Below are positions 49,663 to 58,869 of a stretch of DNA of 64,000 nt, one piece after another. The position numbers and the translations under genes are program-made. The DNA is from Dehalococcoidia bacterium (GTDB lineage Bacteria > Chloroflexota > Dehalococcoidia > SM23-28-2): positions 1,729,027 to 1,793,026 of the forward strand of contig CP070630.1 of assembly GCA_020356025.1 (NCBI GenBank). The letters are read 5' to 3'. Below the pieces are notes generated by a model, which worked only from the letters and a program-made list of their open reading frames with translations, was not told the origin of the DNA and searched no databases. Numbering within the stretch: the stretch's first letter is position 1; each line of letters begins with the position of its first letter.

Positions 49663-50304
49663 CTAGATCCCCAGGAACTCATAGACGGTTGCCTCCTCCA
49701 AGCTATCCACCACCAGATCGGCGGCAGTCAGCGCCTCCCGAGCCCGACTGGTGGTCACGCCGATGCAGCGCATTCCCGCCCTCTTGGCGGCCTCCACCCC
49801 ACCCGGCGCGTCCTCGATCACCACGCACTCTCCCCCCGCCACGCCCAGCTTCTCCGCCGCCACCAGGAAACCCTGCGGGTCGGGCTTCCCCTTCGGCGCG
49901 TCCTCCTCGGCGACCACCGCCTCGAACGCGCTCTCAAGCCCCAGGGAACCGAGCACCACGCGCACGTTTTCGCGAGTGGTCGAGGAGACGATAGCCGACT
50001 TCCTGCCCCTTTGCTGAAGACGACGCAGCAGGCCCATCGCGCCGGGGATAGCCGTCACCCTCCCCTCCATCTTCTCCCGGTACAGCTCTTCCTTCCTTTG
50101 AGCCAACCGCTCGATTTCCGCCGGCGTAAGCTCGCCCAGGATGTCCGCCAGTATGGCATCGTTTCTCAGGCCGAAGGTGCGGCGGAAGTCGCCCTCAGCA
50201 AAGCCCTTGCCCAACGACCGGAATAGCTCCTGCCAGGCCTGGAAGTGAAACGGCGCCGTGTCCACCAGAACACCGTCCAGATCCCACAGAATGGCCTTCG
50301 TCAT
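49663..50304 (-). CDS. HAD-family phosphatase (beta-phosphoglucomutase-like)
   Basis: WDLDGVLVDT, KGKPDP and VIEDA..GV.AA motifs. Confidence 0.9.
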   Translation of the reverse strand: MTKAILWDLDGVLVDTAPFHFQAWQELFRSLGKGFAEGDFRRTFGLRNDAILADILGELTPAEIERLAQRKEELYREKMEGRVTAIPGAMGLLRRLQQRGRKSAIVSSTTRENVRVVLGSLGLESAFEAVVAEEDAPKGKPDPQGFLVAAEKLGVAGGECVVIEDAPGGVEAAKRAGMRCIGVTTSRAREALTAADLVVDSLEEATVYEFLGI

Positions 50305-50480
50305 GCGCTCCTCCCCTGCGGGCATCACCGTGGGCGCCCAAGCTAGCCCTGAAATTGTACCAGGGGTGACGCCGCGACGCCCGCGCTCCTTGACGCAGGC
50401 CTGTGCCAGACGCTAGCATTCAGCAAGCCGCTCGTCTTGTCTGGCCCTACGAGCGCACTGTACCCGGGGAGAGAACGACG

Positions 50481-51728
50481 ATGAGCCCTGACCCAGCCGA
50501 CGAAAAACCACCGGAAGCCCCCCAGCAGCGACACTCCAACCGTGCTGGCGACAGGGAGCTTGCAGCCCACGCCCTGGAGCACGTTCGTCACCTCTCCGTG
50601 GACATCGGTCCCCGCGGCTCGACCACAACCGCTGAGGCGGCAGCAGCAGCCTACGCCTGGGGCGTGCTCGACAAGCTGGGCCTGTCGCCGCGGATGCAGC
50701 GCTTCACCAGCGGCACCTCCCAGTGGCGACCCTTCGCCCTCGCCATCACCCTCGCCCTGCTGGCCGTCGCCGTCTACCCTCTCGCCGGCCGCGCCACCGC
50801 CATCCTGGCCACCGTGCTGGCGGCCACGACTCTGCTCTCCGCCTACCTGGAGCTGAACCTCACCACCAACCCCGTTCGCTGGCTGCTGCCCAAACGACCC
50901 AGCCAGAACGTGTGGAGCGTCATCCCCGCCGCGGATACCCCCAGCCGGCGCCTGGTACTGATCGGCCATCTGGACACCCACCGAACCCCCTTCGTCTTCC
51001 GAACGCCGCTTCATCTCAAGGTCTTCCGGGTTCTGGTGGCGGCCGCCTTCGCCAGCATGGCTGCCCTCGTGATCCTGTACATCGCCGGCTCGATCCTCCA
51101 GAGCCCTATCATCTACATCATCTCGCTCGTCCCGGCCGCACTCTTGATCCTGGACCTGATCATGACCGTCCAGCCAGACATGACCCCCTACACAGCGGGA
51201 GCCAACGATAACGCCAGCGGCGCCGCCATCGTCCTTACCCTGGCCGAGCGGCTGAAGGACGAACCCCTGGCCAACACAGAGGTATGGACCGTCAACAGCG
51301 GCTGCGAAGAGGTTGGCTGCTATGGAGCCATCGCCTTCCTGCGGCAGCATCGAGAGGAGCTTAGAGACGCCTACTTCATCGCCCTCGACTCGGTGGCTGG
51401 GCCCGGCTCCGGCCCCTGCTACATCACCCGCGAGGGCATGACCAGACCCTATCGCTCCGACCCTGCCTTAGTGGCCCTGGCCGACCAGATCGCCGCCGAC
51501 CGACCGGAGCTGGGCGCCTACTCCAACGTGATGCCGCTGGGCTTCACCGAGGGCGCCATCGGTATCAAGAACGGCCTACCCAGCCTGACCTTCGTCAACC
51601 TGCGACCCGACAGCGTTCTCCCCTACTGGCATCGCCCGGACGACATCTTCGAGAACGTGGACGCAGATGTCCTCGCCCGCACGCAGGCCTTCCTGTGGGA
51701 GCTTCTTCAGCGCATCGACAGCAGGTAG
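50481..51728 (+). CDS. Membrane-embedded M28-family metallopeptidase
   Basis: GHLDT, GANDNASG, GCEEVG, LDS and YWH...D motifs; four TM helices. Confidence 0.85.
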   Translation: MSPDPADEKPPEAPQQRHSNRAGDRELAAHALEHVRHLSVDIGPRGSTTTAEAAAAAYAWGVLDKLGLSPRMQRFTSGTSQWRPFALAITLALLAVAVYPLAGRATAILATVLAATTLLSAYLELNLTTNPVRWLLPKRPSQNVWSVIPAADTPSRRLVLIGHLDTHRTPFVFRTPLHLKVFRVLVAAAFASMAALVILYIAGSILQSPIIYIISLVPAALLILDLIMTVQPDMTPYTAGANDNASGAAIVLTLAERLKDEPLANTEVWTVNSGCEEVGCYGAIAFLRQHREELRDAYFIALDSVAGPGSGPCYITREGMTRPYRSDPALVALADQIAADRPELGAYSNVMPLGFTEGAIGIKNGLPSLTFVNLRPDSVLPYWHRPDDIFENVDADVLARTQAFLWELLQRIDSR

Positions 51729-51752
51729 AGCGCCCGCTCTCTAACCCAAGGG

Positions 51753-52622
51753 CTATTCCGCTGCCTTTGCTCGGCGGCGCTGCTCAAGGAGAAAGGCTAT
51801 GATGGGCGCTGGCTCGGAGGCTTGCCACTCCCGCCTCCAGCGCTCCCAGTCTGGCCACTCGTAGGGCAGGTGCTCCACCGAGTTCGGCTGGCGAGCATCC
51901 CGCAGGACACGCAGCGCGTCGCGGATAACCTTCATCTGCTCCTCGCGCTCGCCGGCATGGCCCAGCGTATGGCCGAAGGGGAATTCCACGCCCACTATGC
52001 GGGGAACGCCGACGCGCTCGGCCAGATCAGGCACCATCGTGACCATAACGGTGCTGATACCAGCGGCCTCGATGACACGTGCCAGCACGGGCACGTTCAG
52101 GCAGCAGTCCGGTCAGGTGGGAGCGAGAAGAACACCATCCACTCCCTCCTCCTTCATGCGAGCGGCCACCTCGGGTCCGTAGCGGTTCTCCCACTCGCTG
52201 ATCTTGGGCGGGTTCCCCTGGTAGCCCATGAAGGAGTAGGAGGTAGGAGCCAGGGAGCCAACCTCTCCCGCTGCCTCCAGCTCCAGAAAGCGATGCACGG
52301 GCAGGACGATGTTGACGTCCGCCTCCAGATCGGTGCTGTTGATGTGGAGGTGAGCGACGCCGATCTCCTCCTGCTTAACCTCGCGGGCGATGGCGCGATA
52401 AGTGGGGTCACCCCAGAAGGGGTTCTTCCGCTCTCCGTCCAGGTCGAAGGGCTCCTGCTTGTCCTTCAGATAGAGGCCAGCGCTCGTGACCAGTGAGAAG
52501 CGACACTCCTCAATGGGTTTGGCGAGGGGCGTCCAGGGGATAGGCTCCGCCTTCTCGATGGGGAGCGCCTTGTAGTAGCTAGCGAGGCTTCCCGGCACCC
52601 ACTTGTAGCTATCGATGGCCAT
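51753..52622 (-). CDS. Selenocysteine-containing PrdB/GrdB-family (reductase selenoprotein B-like) protein
   Basis: PWTPL.KP, LVTSAG, GDPTYR and D.N...P motifs; track ORFs 52113-52622 and 51753-52094 are in frame across TGA 52113-52115, giving LLAPT-U-PDCCLNVPVLARVIEAAGISTV (UxxC). Confidence 0.85.
52077..52096 (-). promoter_or_regulatory. SECIS-like hairpin of the PrdB/GrdB-like gene
   Basis: Perfect 7-bp stem ACGUGCC-CGUGCU-GGCACGU beginning 16 nt after the UGA. Confidence 0.65.
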
Positions 52623-52682
52623 CTCCTACCTCCCGTCTTGAGTGAGCGATCTGCAAATCTATTCACTTGGCCGCCTTGGGAA

Positions 52683-52711
52683 ATGATCCGCCACGATAAC
52701 GCCTATGTCAA
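52683..52711 (-). promoter_or_regulatory. Putative sigma70-type promoter for the PrdB-like gene
   Basis: TTGACA-N17-GATCAT. Confidence 0.45.
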
Positions 52712-52726
52712 ACATCCCTTGGGACA

Positions 52727-52777
52727 CCGCTCATCCTGAGCTTGCCGCCCGCTCATGGTGAGCCTGCCGCCCGCTCA
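52727..52777. repeat. Truncated tandem copies of the REP-like repeat
   Basis: ccgctcatcctgagcttgccgc-ccgctcatggtgagcctgccgc-ccgctca (22-bp period). Confidence 0.6.
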
Positions 52778-52892
52778 ACTGGCGCCACCTCAGTCGATCT
52801 TGGCTCTTGCCAGGAGGCTCGCGATGCGCAAAAATAGGGTTGCTCTTCACTAAAAGGCTGCGGCGAGTCGCCGCTGAGAAAGGAGCGTGGCG

Positions 52893-54692
52893 ATGGACCT
52901 GGGTGGATACGTTGATCACGTGGCGCGAATCGACCTAACCACCGGCGATATCAAGTATGAAGGCCTCAACGAGGAGAACGTCCGCAAGTACATCGGCGGC
53001 CGTGGTCTCGGCGTCAAGTACGTCTTCGACAACGGTCCAAAGGTCGACCCCTTGTCGCCGGACAACATCATCTGCTTCCTGGTCGGCCCTCTGACCGGCA
53101 CGGATGTTAGCATGAGCGGTCGGATGGCTGTGGTGACCAAATCGCCGCTGACTGGCACCGTCACCGACTCTCACCACGGCGGCTGGTCAGGCGCTCGCCT
53201 GAAGTGGGCTGGCTTCGATGGCCTGATCTTCAAGGGCAAAGCTGAGCAGCCCACCTATGCCTACATCGAGGCAGGCAAGGTCGAACTGAAAGACGCCAGC
53301 GACCTCTGGGGCAAGGGTGCCCACGAAACCATCAAAATCCTCCAGAAGCGCCACGGCAAGGACGTGAGCGTGGTGACCCTCGGCCAGGCCGGCGAGAACC
53401 TGGTGCGCTACGCCTGCTGGATGAACGAGAACGACCGCGCCTCTGGCCGCGGCGGCACCGGTGCCGTAGGCGGCAGCAAGAACCTGAAGGCCCTCGTCAT
53501 CAAGGCGGCCAAGAAGTTGCCCAAGCCCAAGGATCGGGAAGCCTTCAAGCAGGCCCACAAGGATGCCCTAAAGGCCATCAACGAGAACGACACTCTAGCG
53601 CCCCGGAAGGGTGGATTGTCGGTATACGGCACCAACAGCCTTATGATGGCGGCCAATACCATCGGCGCCCTGCCAGCCAAGAACGCCCAGTTCACCAGCT
53701 TTGAAAACGCCTTCAACATCAGCGGCCACCACATTAAGGAGACCATCCTGGTCGGCGACCCCACCTGTCACGCCTGCCCCGTCGCCTGCAAGAAGGAGGT
53801 CGAGACCGAGCCCGGCAAGTTCCATGTACGCATGGAGAGCGTCGAGTACGAGTCCGCCTGGGCTTTCGGTGCTCAGTGCGACAACGACAATCGCGACTCC
53901 ATTCCCTTCCTCATCGACCTGTGTAACGACTACGGCATCGACACCATCGACATGGGCAACGTGCTGGCCATGACTATGGAAGCCAGCGAGAAGGAGTTGA
54001 TCAGGGAGCGCGTGGGCTGGGGCGACGTCGACAAGATGGTGGAGCTCGTGCACAAGATAGCCAAGCGGGAGGGCATCGGCGACATCTTGGCCAACGGCAT
54101 CGAGCCGGCGGCCAAGGCCTTCGGCGACCCCAGCATTGCCATGTCGGTCAAGGGCCAGGCTATCCCCGCCTACGACCCGCGCGGCATGAAGGGAATGGGA
54201 GTGGGCTACGCCACAAGCAATCGCGGCGCCTGCCACCTCCGAGGCTACACCCCCGCCAGCGAGGTCGTCGGCGTGCCGGAGAAGACCGACCCCCTGGCCT
54301 GGAAAGGCAAGGGCAAGCTGCTCAAGCTCTTCCAGGACTTCCAGGCTCTATCCGACTCCCTCGGCGTCTGCAAGTTCTCCACCTTCGCCGAGAATCCGGA
54401 CCACTACGCCGCCCAGTACGCGGCCGTCGTGGGCGTGCCGATGGACGCCAACGCCATTCTCACCATCGGCGAGCGCATCTACAACCTGGAGCGCCACTAC
54501 AACAACCTGGCCGGTTTCGGTGAAGGCTCCGACACTCTGCCCGCCCGCTTCCTCAACGAACCCTCCCAGAGTGAACCCTCTCAGGGCCACATCTGCGAGC
54601 TGGACCAGATGCTCGAGGAGTACTACGCGGAGCGCGGCTGGGTGAAAGGCGTCGTACCCGAGAAGAAGCTGAAGGCCCTGCAGATCATCTAG
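52893..54692 (+). CDS. aor: Tungsten-type aldehyde:ferredoxin oxidoreductase
   Basis: YIGGRGLG, KSPLTG, GRGG.GAV.GSKNLKA, CHACPVAC, EYES, DPRG, RGACH and CKF motifs. Confidence 0.92.
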   Translation: MDLGGYVDHVARIDLTTGDIKYEGLNEENVRKYIGGRGLGVKYVFDNGPKVDPLSPDNIICFLVGPLTGTDVSMSGRMAVVTKSPLTGTVTDSHHGGWSGARLKWAGFDGLIFKGKAEQPTYAYIEAGKVELKDASDLWGKGAHETIKILQKRHGKDVSVVTLGQAGENLVRYACWMNENDRASGRGGTGAVGGSKNLKALVIKAAKKLPKPKDREAFKQAHKDALKAINENDTLAPRKGGLSVYGTNSLMMAANTIGALPAKNAQFTSFENAFNISGHHIKETILVGDPTCHACPVACKKEVETEPGKFHVRMESVEYESAWAFGAQCDNDNRDSIPFLIDLCNDYGIDTIDMGNVLAMTMEASEKELIRERVGWGDVDKMVELVHKIAKREGIGDILANGIEPAAKAFGDPSIAMSVKGQAIPAYDPRGMKGMGVGYATSNRGACHLRGYTPASEVVGVPEKTDPLAWKGKGKLLKLFQDFQALSDSLGVCKFSTFAENPDHYAAQYAAVVGVPMDANAILTIGERIYNLERHYNNLAGFGEGSDTLPARFLNEPSQSEPSQGHICELDQMLEEYYAERGWVKGVVPEKKLKALQII

Positions 54693-54699
54693 AGGGTAG

Positions 54700-55002
54700 G
54701 TGAAGCTTACGTCTAACGTCACGGTAGTTCGGCTGCATGCCTCCTTGAGAGAGCTGGCCGGTCAGAGGGACATCGAGGTGACCCTCCCGGATGGTGCTAT
54801 CGTCCGCGATGTCCTCAACCGGCTGGTGGAGCTACGGCCCGTCCTCGCGGACCGCCTGCTGGACGAGGACGGCAACATTCCCCCATGCATCAACGTGTTC
54901 GTGAACGGGAGGGACATCCGTGACCTCAGCGGGCCGGACAGCCCTGTGATGCCAGACGACGAGCTGACCATCCTCCCTCCCGCTGCAGGAGGCAGGGCGT
55001 AG
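54700..55002 (+). CDS. MoaD/ThiS/SAMP ubiquitin-like protein
   Basis: A.LRE.AG, INVFVNG and DEL.ILPPAAGG followed by RA; directly downstream of aor. Confidence 0.82.
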   Translation: MKLTSNVTVVRLHASLRELAGQRDIEVTLPDGAIVRDVLNRLVELRPVLADRLLDEDGNIPPCINVFVNGRDIRDLSGPDSPVMPDDELTILPPAAGGRA

Positions 55003-55025
55003 CCATTTGCTCAGTCGGTGCTGGC

Positions 55026-55451
55026 TCAGGAATCGGGCCAGTGCCCTTCGAAGAGTTGGATCAGTAGGCCGCCACTATCCCTGGGGTGGATGAAGAGCTC
55101 CTTCCAGGTGGAGCCGGTTCTCACTCCACCGAACGGCTCGATGCCGCGGCGACGCAGAATCTCTGCCGCCTTTTCCACGTCCTCCACCTGAAACGTCACG
55201 TGATGAAGGCCAGGCCCTCGCTGTTTCAGGAAGCGAGTCAAGAAGCTATCGTCAGAGGTTGGCTGCACTACCTCCCATTGGACGTTACCGCCCGGCACGT
55301 CGAGGGTAACGCCGGCGTATTTCTCCTCCTCGCTACGCCAGCGACCCACCACCTTCATACCCAAGAACTCGGTGAGCAAAGGTAGATACTCCTCGACGTT
55401 CCGAACCGCCATGGCAACGTGATCAAGCCTCTTGATTCCCAGCGACCGCAA
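55026..55451 (-). CDS. VOC family protein (methylmalonyl-CoA epimerase-like)
   Basis: LDHVAMAV, FL..RGPGLHHVTF.V and FIHP...GG.LIQL motifs. Confidence 0.8.
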   Translation of the reverse strand: MRSLGIKRLDHVAMAVRNVEEYLPLLTEFLGMKVVGRWRSEEEKYAGVTLDVPGGNVQWEVVQPTSDDSFLTRFLKQRGPGLHHVTFQVEDVEKAAEILRRRGIEPFGGVRTGSTWKELFIHPRDSGGLLIQLFEGHWPDS

Positions 55452-55455
55452 GGTT

Positions 55456-56430
55456 CTATGCTCCTCCCTTGCTAGCCGCCGAGGCCGACTCTCTGCGAAC
55501 GCTCATTCCGAAAATGGCCTTCACCACCCGCAGGGCGCTCAGAGTAATCCATTTGTTGGGCTGACCGTTCTTGCCCACATCGACGATGCGGCCGCCAGCC
55601 CGTTTCACCCAGCGGCCCTTTTCATCCTGCATCGAGAGGACGATCTCGGCGTAGGCCCTGAAGCGTGAATCCTTCCCGTAGCCAAGCTTGGCCAGCACCA
55701 CCAGCATGTCCAAGAGATCGCTTTGGTACTGATAGGGAAACCCAAAGCTGAGCCAGCGTTTCTCCCTGCCCTGGAAGTCGAATGGATAATCCAGCAATTG
55801 GCTGGCCAGGCTGTCAATGGCTGCTCTCACCCTGGACGACGGCTCGGCCCCGGGTATCTCAGCGAAGGCCGAGAGCATCTTGACCATCCCCCACTGGCAG
55901 AGCTTTCTGTCATTCATAACACAGTCCAGAAAAGTGGGCTCCTCCGCCGTCCTTACCAGATTATCGATGGCCCTGTCCAAGCGCGGGTCCCCCAAGAAGT
56001 CGAAGCGCAGCAAAGAGCGCGCCAAGTAGCCAGTTAAGCAGTAGGCAGACCGCTGCTTGACCTCGATGGAAAAACCGTCGTCTCCTGCGCTCTGGCTGTG
56101 CTGAAAAAGATACTCGGCGGCCTTGTCAATCCCCTCGTTGCGCTCCAAGCCCACATCTGCCAGCAGGGTGAAATAGCCGCTGGTGCGTCGGGCTCCGTAG
56201 GGCTTATCGATCCTGTCGCCCCAGTATCCCTCTGGCGCCTGGAGAGCGAGCGTCTGCCTCACCAACTCCCACTCAGCGATAGCCTTGCGAGCCCTTTTGA
56301 CCTCTGGGCTATCCTGGGATTCGCCCAAGATATCGGTGAGGGTGAAGTAACGGACGGAGGGATTCTCCTCCTCCAGGAGCCAATCGATGGGGTTGCCTTT
56401 CAGAAACCGAGACCAGCTTCGCTTGCTCAT
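55456..56430 (-). CDS. Conserved hypothetical protein with prenyltransferase/squalene-cyclase-like alpha-alpha repeats
   Basis: WLLE...PSVRY; Q..EGYW; FGFP..YQSD.L..L; QDEKGRW; PNKWIT..AL. Confidence 0.65.
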   Translation of the reverse strand: MSKRSWSRFLKGNPIDWLLEEENPSVRYFTLTDILGESQDSPEVKRARKAIAEWELVRQTLALQAPEGYWGDRIDKPYGARRTSGYFTLLADVGLERNEGIDKAAEYLFQHSQSAGDDGFSIEVKQRSAYCLTGYLARSLLRFDFLGDPRLDRAIDNLVRTAEEPTFLDCVMNDRKLCQWGMVKMLSAFAEIPGAEPSSRVRAAIDSLASQLLDYPFDFQGREKRWLSFGFPYQYQSDLLDMLVVLAKLGYGKDSRFRAYAEIVLSMQDEKGRWVKRAGGRIVDVGKNGQPNKWITLSALRVVKAIFGMSVRRESASAASKGGA

Positions 56431-56530
56431 TTGCTTGTCCAGATTCGGTCAGGGAAATGAATCTCTTGCAGCGTAGCAATGGCGGAGCGCCAGCGTCAAC
56501 GGACGAAGGCGGCAGGATCGTCCCCCGCGG

Positions 56531-57931
56531 CTAGTCCAGCGGCGGCCGACGCAGGTGCCACTCGGTGGCCTGCTCGTACGCGTGAGCGACCCTGAGAACG
56601 GTCTCCTCGTCGAACCGCCGACCGACGATCTGCAGCCCCACCGGTAGCCCCTGCCCGTCGAAGCCGCAGGGCAGGGAGATGGCCGGCTGGCCGGTCAGGT
56701 TGAAGGGGCATGTGAATCGGTGGAAGTGCACCTCGCGACCGCGCGCAGCCAACTCATCCTCGATCTTGGTGGCGCTGAAAGCAGTGGTCGGCGTCACCAG
56801 CACGTCGATCTTCGCGTACTGCGCTTCCACCTCCGCCCGAAGCTGCTGCTGGCTTTCCAGGCCCCCCAGATAGTCCACCGCCCGTAGCTGCAACCCCAGT
56901 TGCAGCCGTAATCGCACCTGCTCGCTGAAGTCGCCCGGCCGCTCCTCCATGTTCCGTCGGTGGAACGCCGCCGCCTCCGGCCCCGCCACCGCCAGCCAGA
57001 TGGCAGCGGCCTCCTGCAGCCTGGGAATCTCCACGTCAACCAGCGAGGCGCCCAGGCCCTCCAGCGTCTTCAGAGCCGCCCGGAAGCTTGTCTCCACGTC
57101 CTCGTCCCCGCCCGAGAGCACGTCCTTCTCGGGCACGCCGACCCGCAGCCCTCGCACCTCGCCGCTCAGAGCCGCCAGGTAGTCCGGCACGGGCACGTCC
57201 TCGGTCGTGGGGTCATCTGGATCGAACCCCGCGATGGCCTGCAGCACCAGCGCGGCGTCCTCCACCGTGCGAGTCATGGGCCCAGCGTGGTCCAGCGTGT
57301 CGCTCAGAGGGACCACGCCGTGCCTGCTCACCCGGCCGAAGGTCGGCTTGAGCCCGACGATGCCACACATAGAGGCCGGCATGCGGATAGACCCTCCCGT
57401 GTCCGACCCCAGCGAGCCCAGGCAGAGTGAGGCGGCCAGCGCCGCGCCTGCCCCGCCGCTGGAGCCGCCCGTGACTCTGTCCAGCGCCCAGGGATTGTGA
57501 GTTGGCCCGAAATGGGAGACCACGCTCGTTCCTCCAAAGGCCCACTCGTGCATGTTGAGCTTGCCCAGCAACACCACTCCCTGCTCCCGCAGCCGGCGGA
57601 TGCAGGTGGCATCCTCCGCCGGAACGTAGTCGGCTAGTATCTTCGATCCGGCAGTCGTGCGAATGCCCTTGGTCTCGTAGAGGTCCTTGATGGCAAAGGG
57701 CATGCCGTCCAGCGGCCCCAGCCGCTTTCCGCGGCCGAGTCGTTCCTCCGCCGCTTTGGCCTCGGCCACCGCCAGCTCCGGCAGGAGCGTGACGAAAGCG
57801 TTCAGCTTCGCCTCCAGCGCTTCGACGCGCTCCAGGCAGGCCCGCGTGAGCTCCACGGGCGACAACTCGCCCGCCTCGAACAAGCGCGCGGCCTCAGCGA
57901 TGGTGAGCTGGATGAGCTGGTCAGCCTTCAT
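56531..57931 (-). CDS. Amidase signature family protein (GatA-like)
   Basis: PLDGMPFAIKD, GKLNMHE, GGSSGG and GSDTGGSIRMPAS.CG motifs; ATG at 57931. Confidence 0.9.
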   Translation of the reverse strand: MKADQLIQLTIAEAARLFEAGELSPVELTRACLERVEALEAKLNAFVTLLPELAVAEAKAAEERLGRGKRLGPLDGMPFAIKDLYETKGIRTTAGSKILADYVPAEDATCIRRLREQGVVLLGKLNMHEWAFGGTSVVSHFGPTHNPWALDRVTGGSSGGAGAALAASLCLGSLGSDTGGSIRMPASMCGIVGLKPTFGRVSRHGVVPLSDTLDHAGPMTRTVEDAALVLQAIAGFDPDDPTTEDVPVPDYLAALSGEVRGLRVGVPEKDVLSGGDEDVETSFRAALKTLEGLGASLVDVEIPRLQEAAAIWLAVAGPEAAAFHRRNMEERPGDFSEQVRLRLQLGLQLRAVDYLGGLESQQQLRAEVEAQYAKIDVLVTPTTAFSATKIEDELAARGREVHFHRFTCPFNLTGQPAISLPCGFDGQGLPVGLQIVGRRFDEETVLRVAHAYEQATEWHLRRPPLD

Positions 57932-58121
57932 GATGTGGTGGGCCTCCTTCCCTTGAGGTTCCTGCCTCAGTCGTATCTCCATATATCCCGCCCCTAGCCA
58001 GCTTGTCAACCACCCCGGCCCAGCCCCTTGTGCCACAGATGCTGGGCCAATAAACTTGATTGGGACATCTGTCCGGTCTTTCAGACCGTCAGCACTGCGA
58101 GAGGAGGAGGACATCGCCGCA

Positions 58122-58856
58122 ATGGCCAATCTCATCATCGAGGCCACCGATGTGGTCAAGACCTACGACACCGGCTATTCCGAAGTGCCGGCCCTGAAAG
58201 GCGTCTCCCTCTCGGTCGAGCGCGGCGAGATGGTGGCCATCATGGGCCCTTCCGGCTGCGGCAAGACCACCCTCCTCAACTGCCTCAGCGGCCTCGACGA
58301 CATCGACAGCGGCCGCGTCACCGTCGATGGAACCGACATCAACCGTCTGTCCGACAACGCCAAGACCGAGTACCGCGCCCGCAACATGGGCTTCGTCTTC
58401 CAGGTCTATGACCTCCTGCCCATCCTCTCAGCCGTGGAAAACGTGGAGCTGCCCATGTTGGTCTCGGGCACCCCAGCCAAACGCGCCCGGGAGGCCGCTA
58501 TGCGCGCCCTGGACTTCGTCCATCTCGCCGAGCGCGCCGGCCACAGACCGGCCGAGCTCTCCGGAGGCGAACGCCAGCGAGTGGCCGTCGCCCGTTCCCT
58601 GGTGAACGATCCGGCCATCGTCTGGGCCGACGAGCCCACCGGCGCCCTCGATAGCACCAACGCCGAACAGATCATGAACCTGCTGCGCGAGCTGAACGAA
58701 GCCAGCAGCCAGACCTTTGTTGTAGTCACCCACGACCCCAAGATGGCTGGCTACGCTCAGCGCATCGTCTACATGGTCGATGGCCTGATAGTGGACGAGA
58801 AGCGCACCGGCCACGCCAAGGAGCCCTCCCAGACAGTCCCGGCCGAAGAAGCCTAG
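58122..58856 (+). CDS. LolD/MacB-type ABC transporter ATP-binding protein
   Basis: [25 protein letters not shown] and VTHD motifs. Confidence 0.92.
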   Translation: MANLIIEATDVVKTYDTGYSEVPALKGVSLSVERGEMVAIMGPSGCGKTTLLNCLSGLDDIDSGRVTVDGTDINRLSDNAKTEYRARNMGFVFQVYDLLPILSAVENVELPMLVSGTPAKRAREAAMRALDFVHLAERAGHRPAELSGGERQRVAVARSLVNDPAIVWADEPTGALDSTNAEQIMNLLRELNEASSQTFVVVTHDPKMAGYAQRIVYMVDGLIVDEKRTGHAKEPSQTVPAEEA

Positions 58857-58869
58857 ATAGAGATCGCTG

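Noticed and set aside
52095-52115. Two separate small genes or a pseudogene at 51753-52622
   Set aside because: The frame continues across TGA into a UxxC motif with a downstream hairpin
56531-57931. Calling this amidase (or 16475-17893) gatA
   Set aside because: There is no adjacent gatB/gatC and only generic amidase-signature motifs are seen
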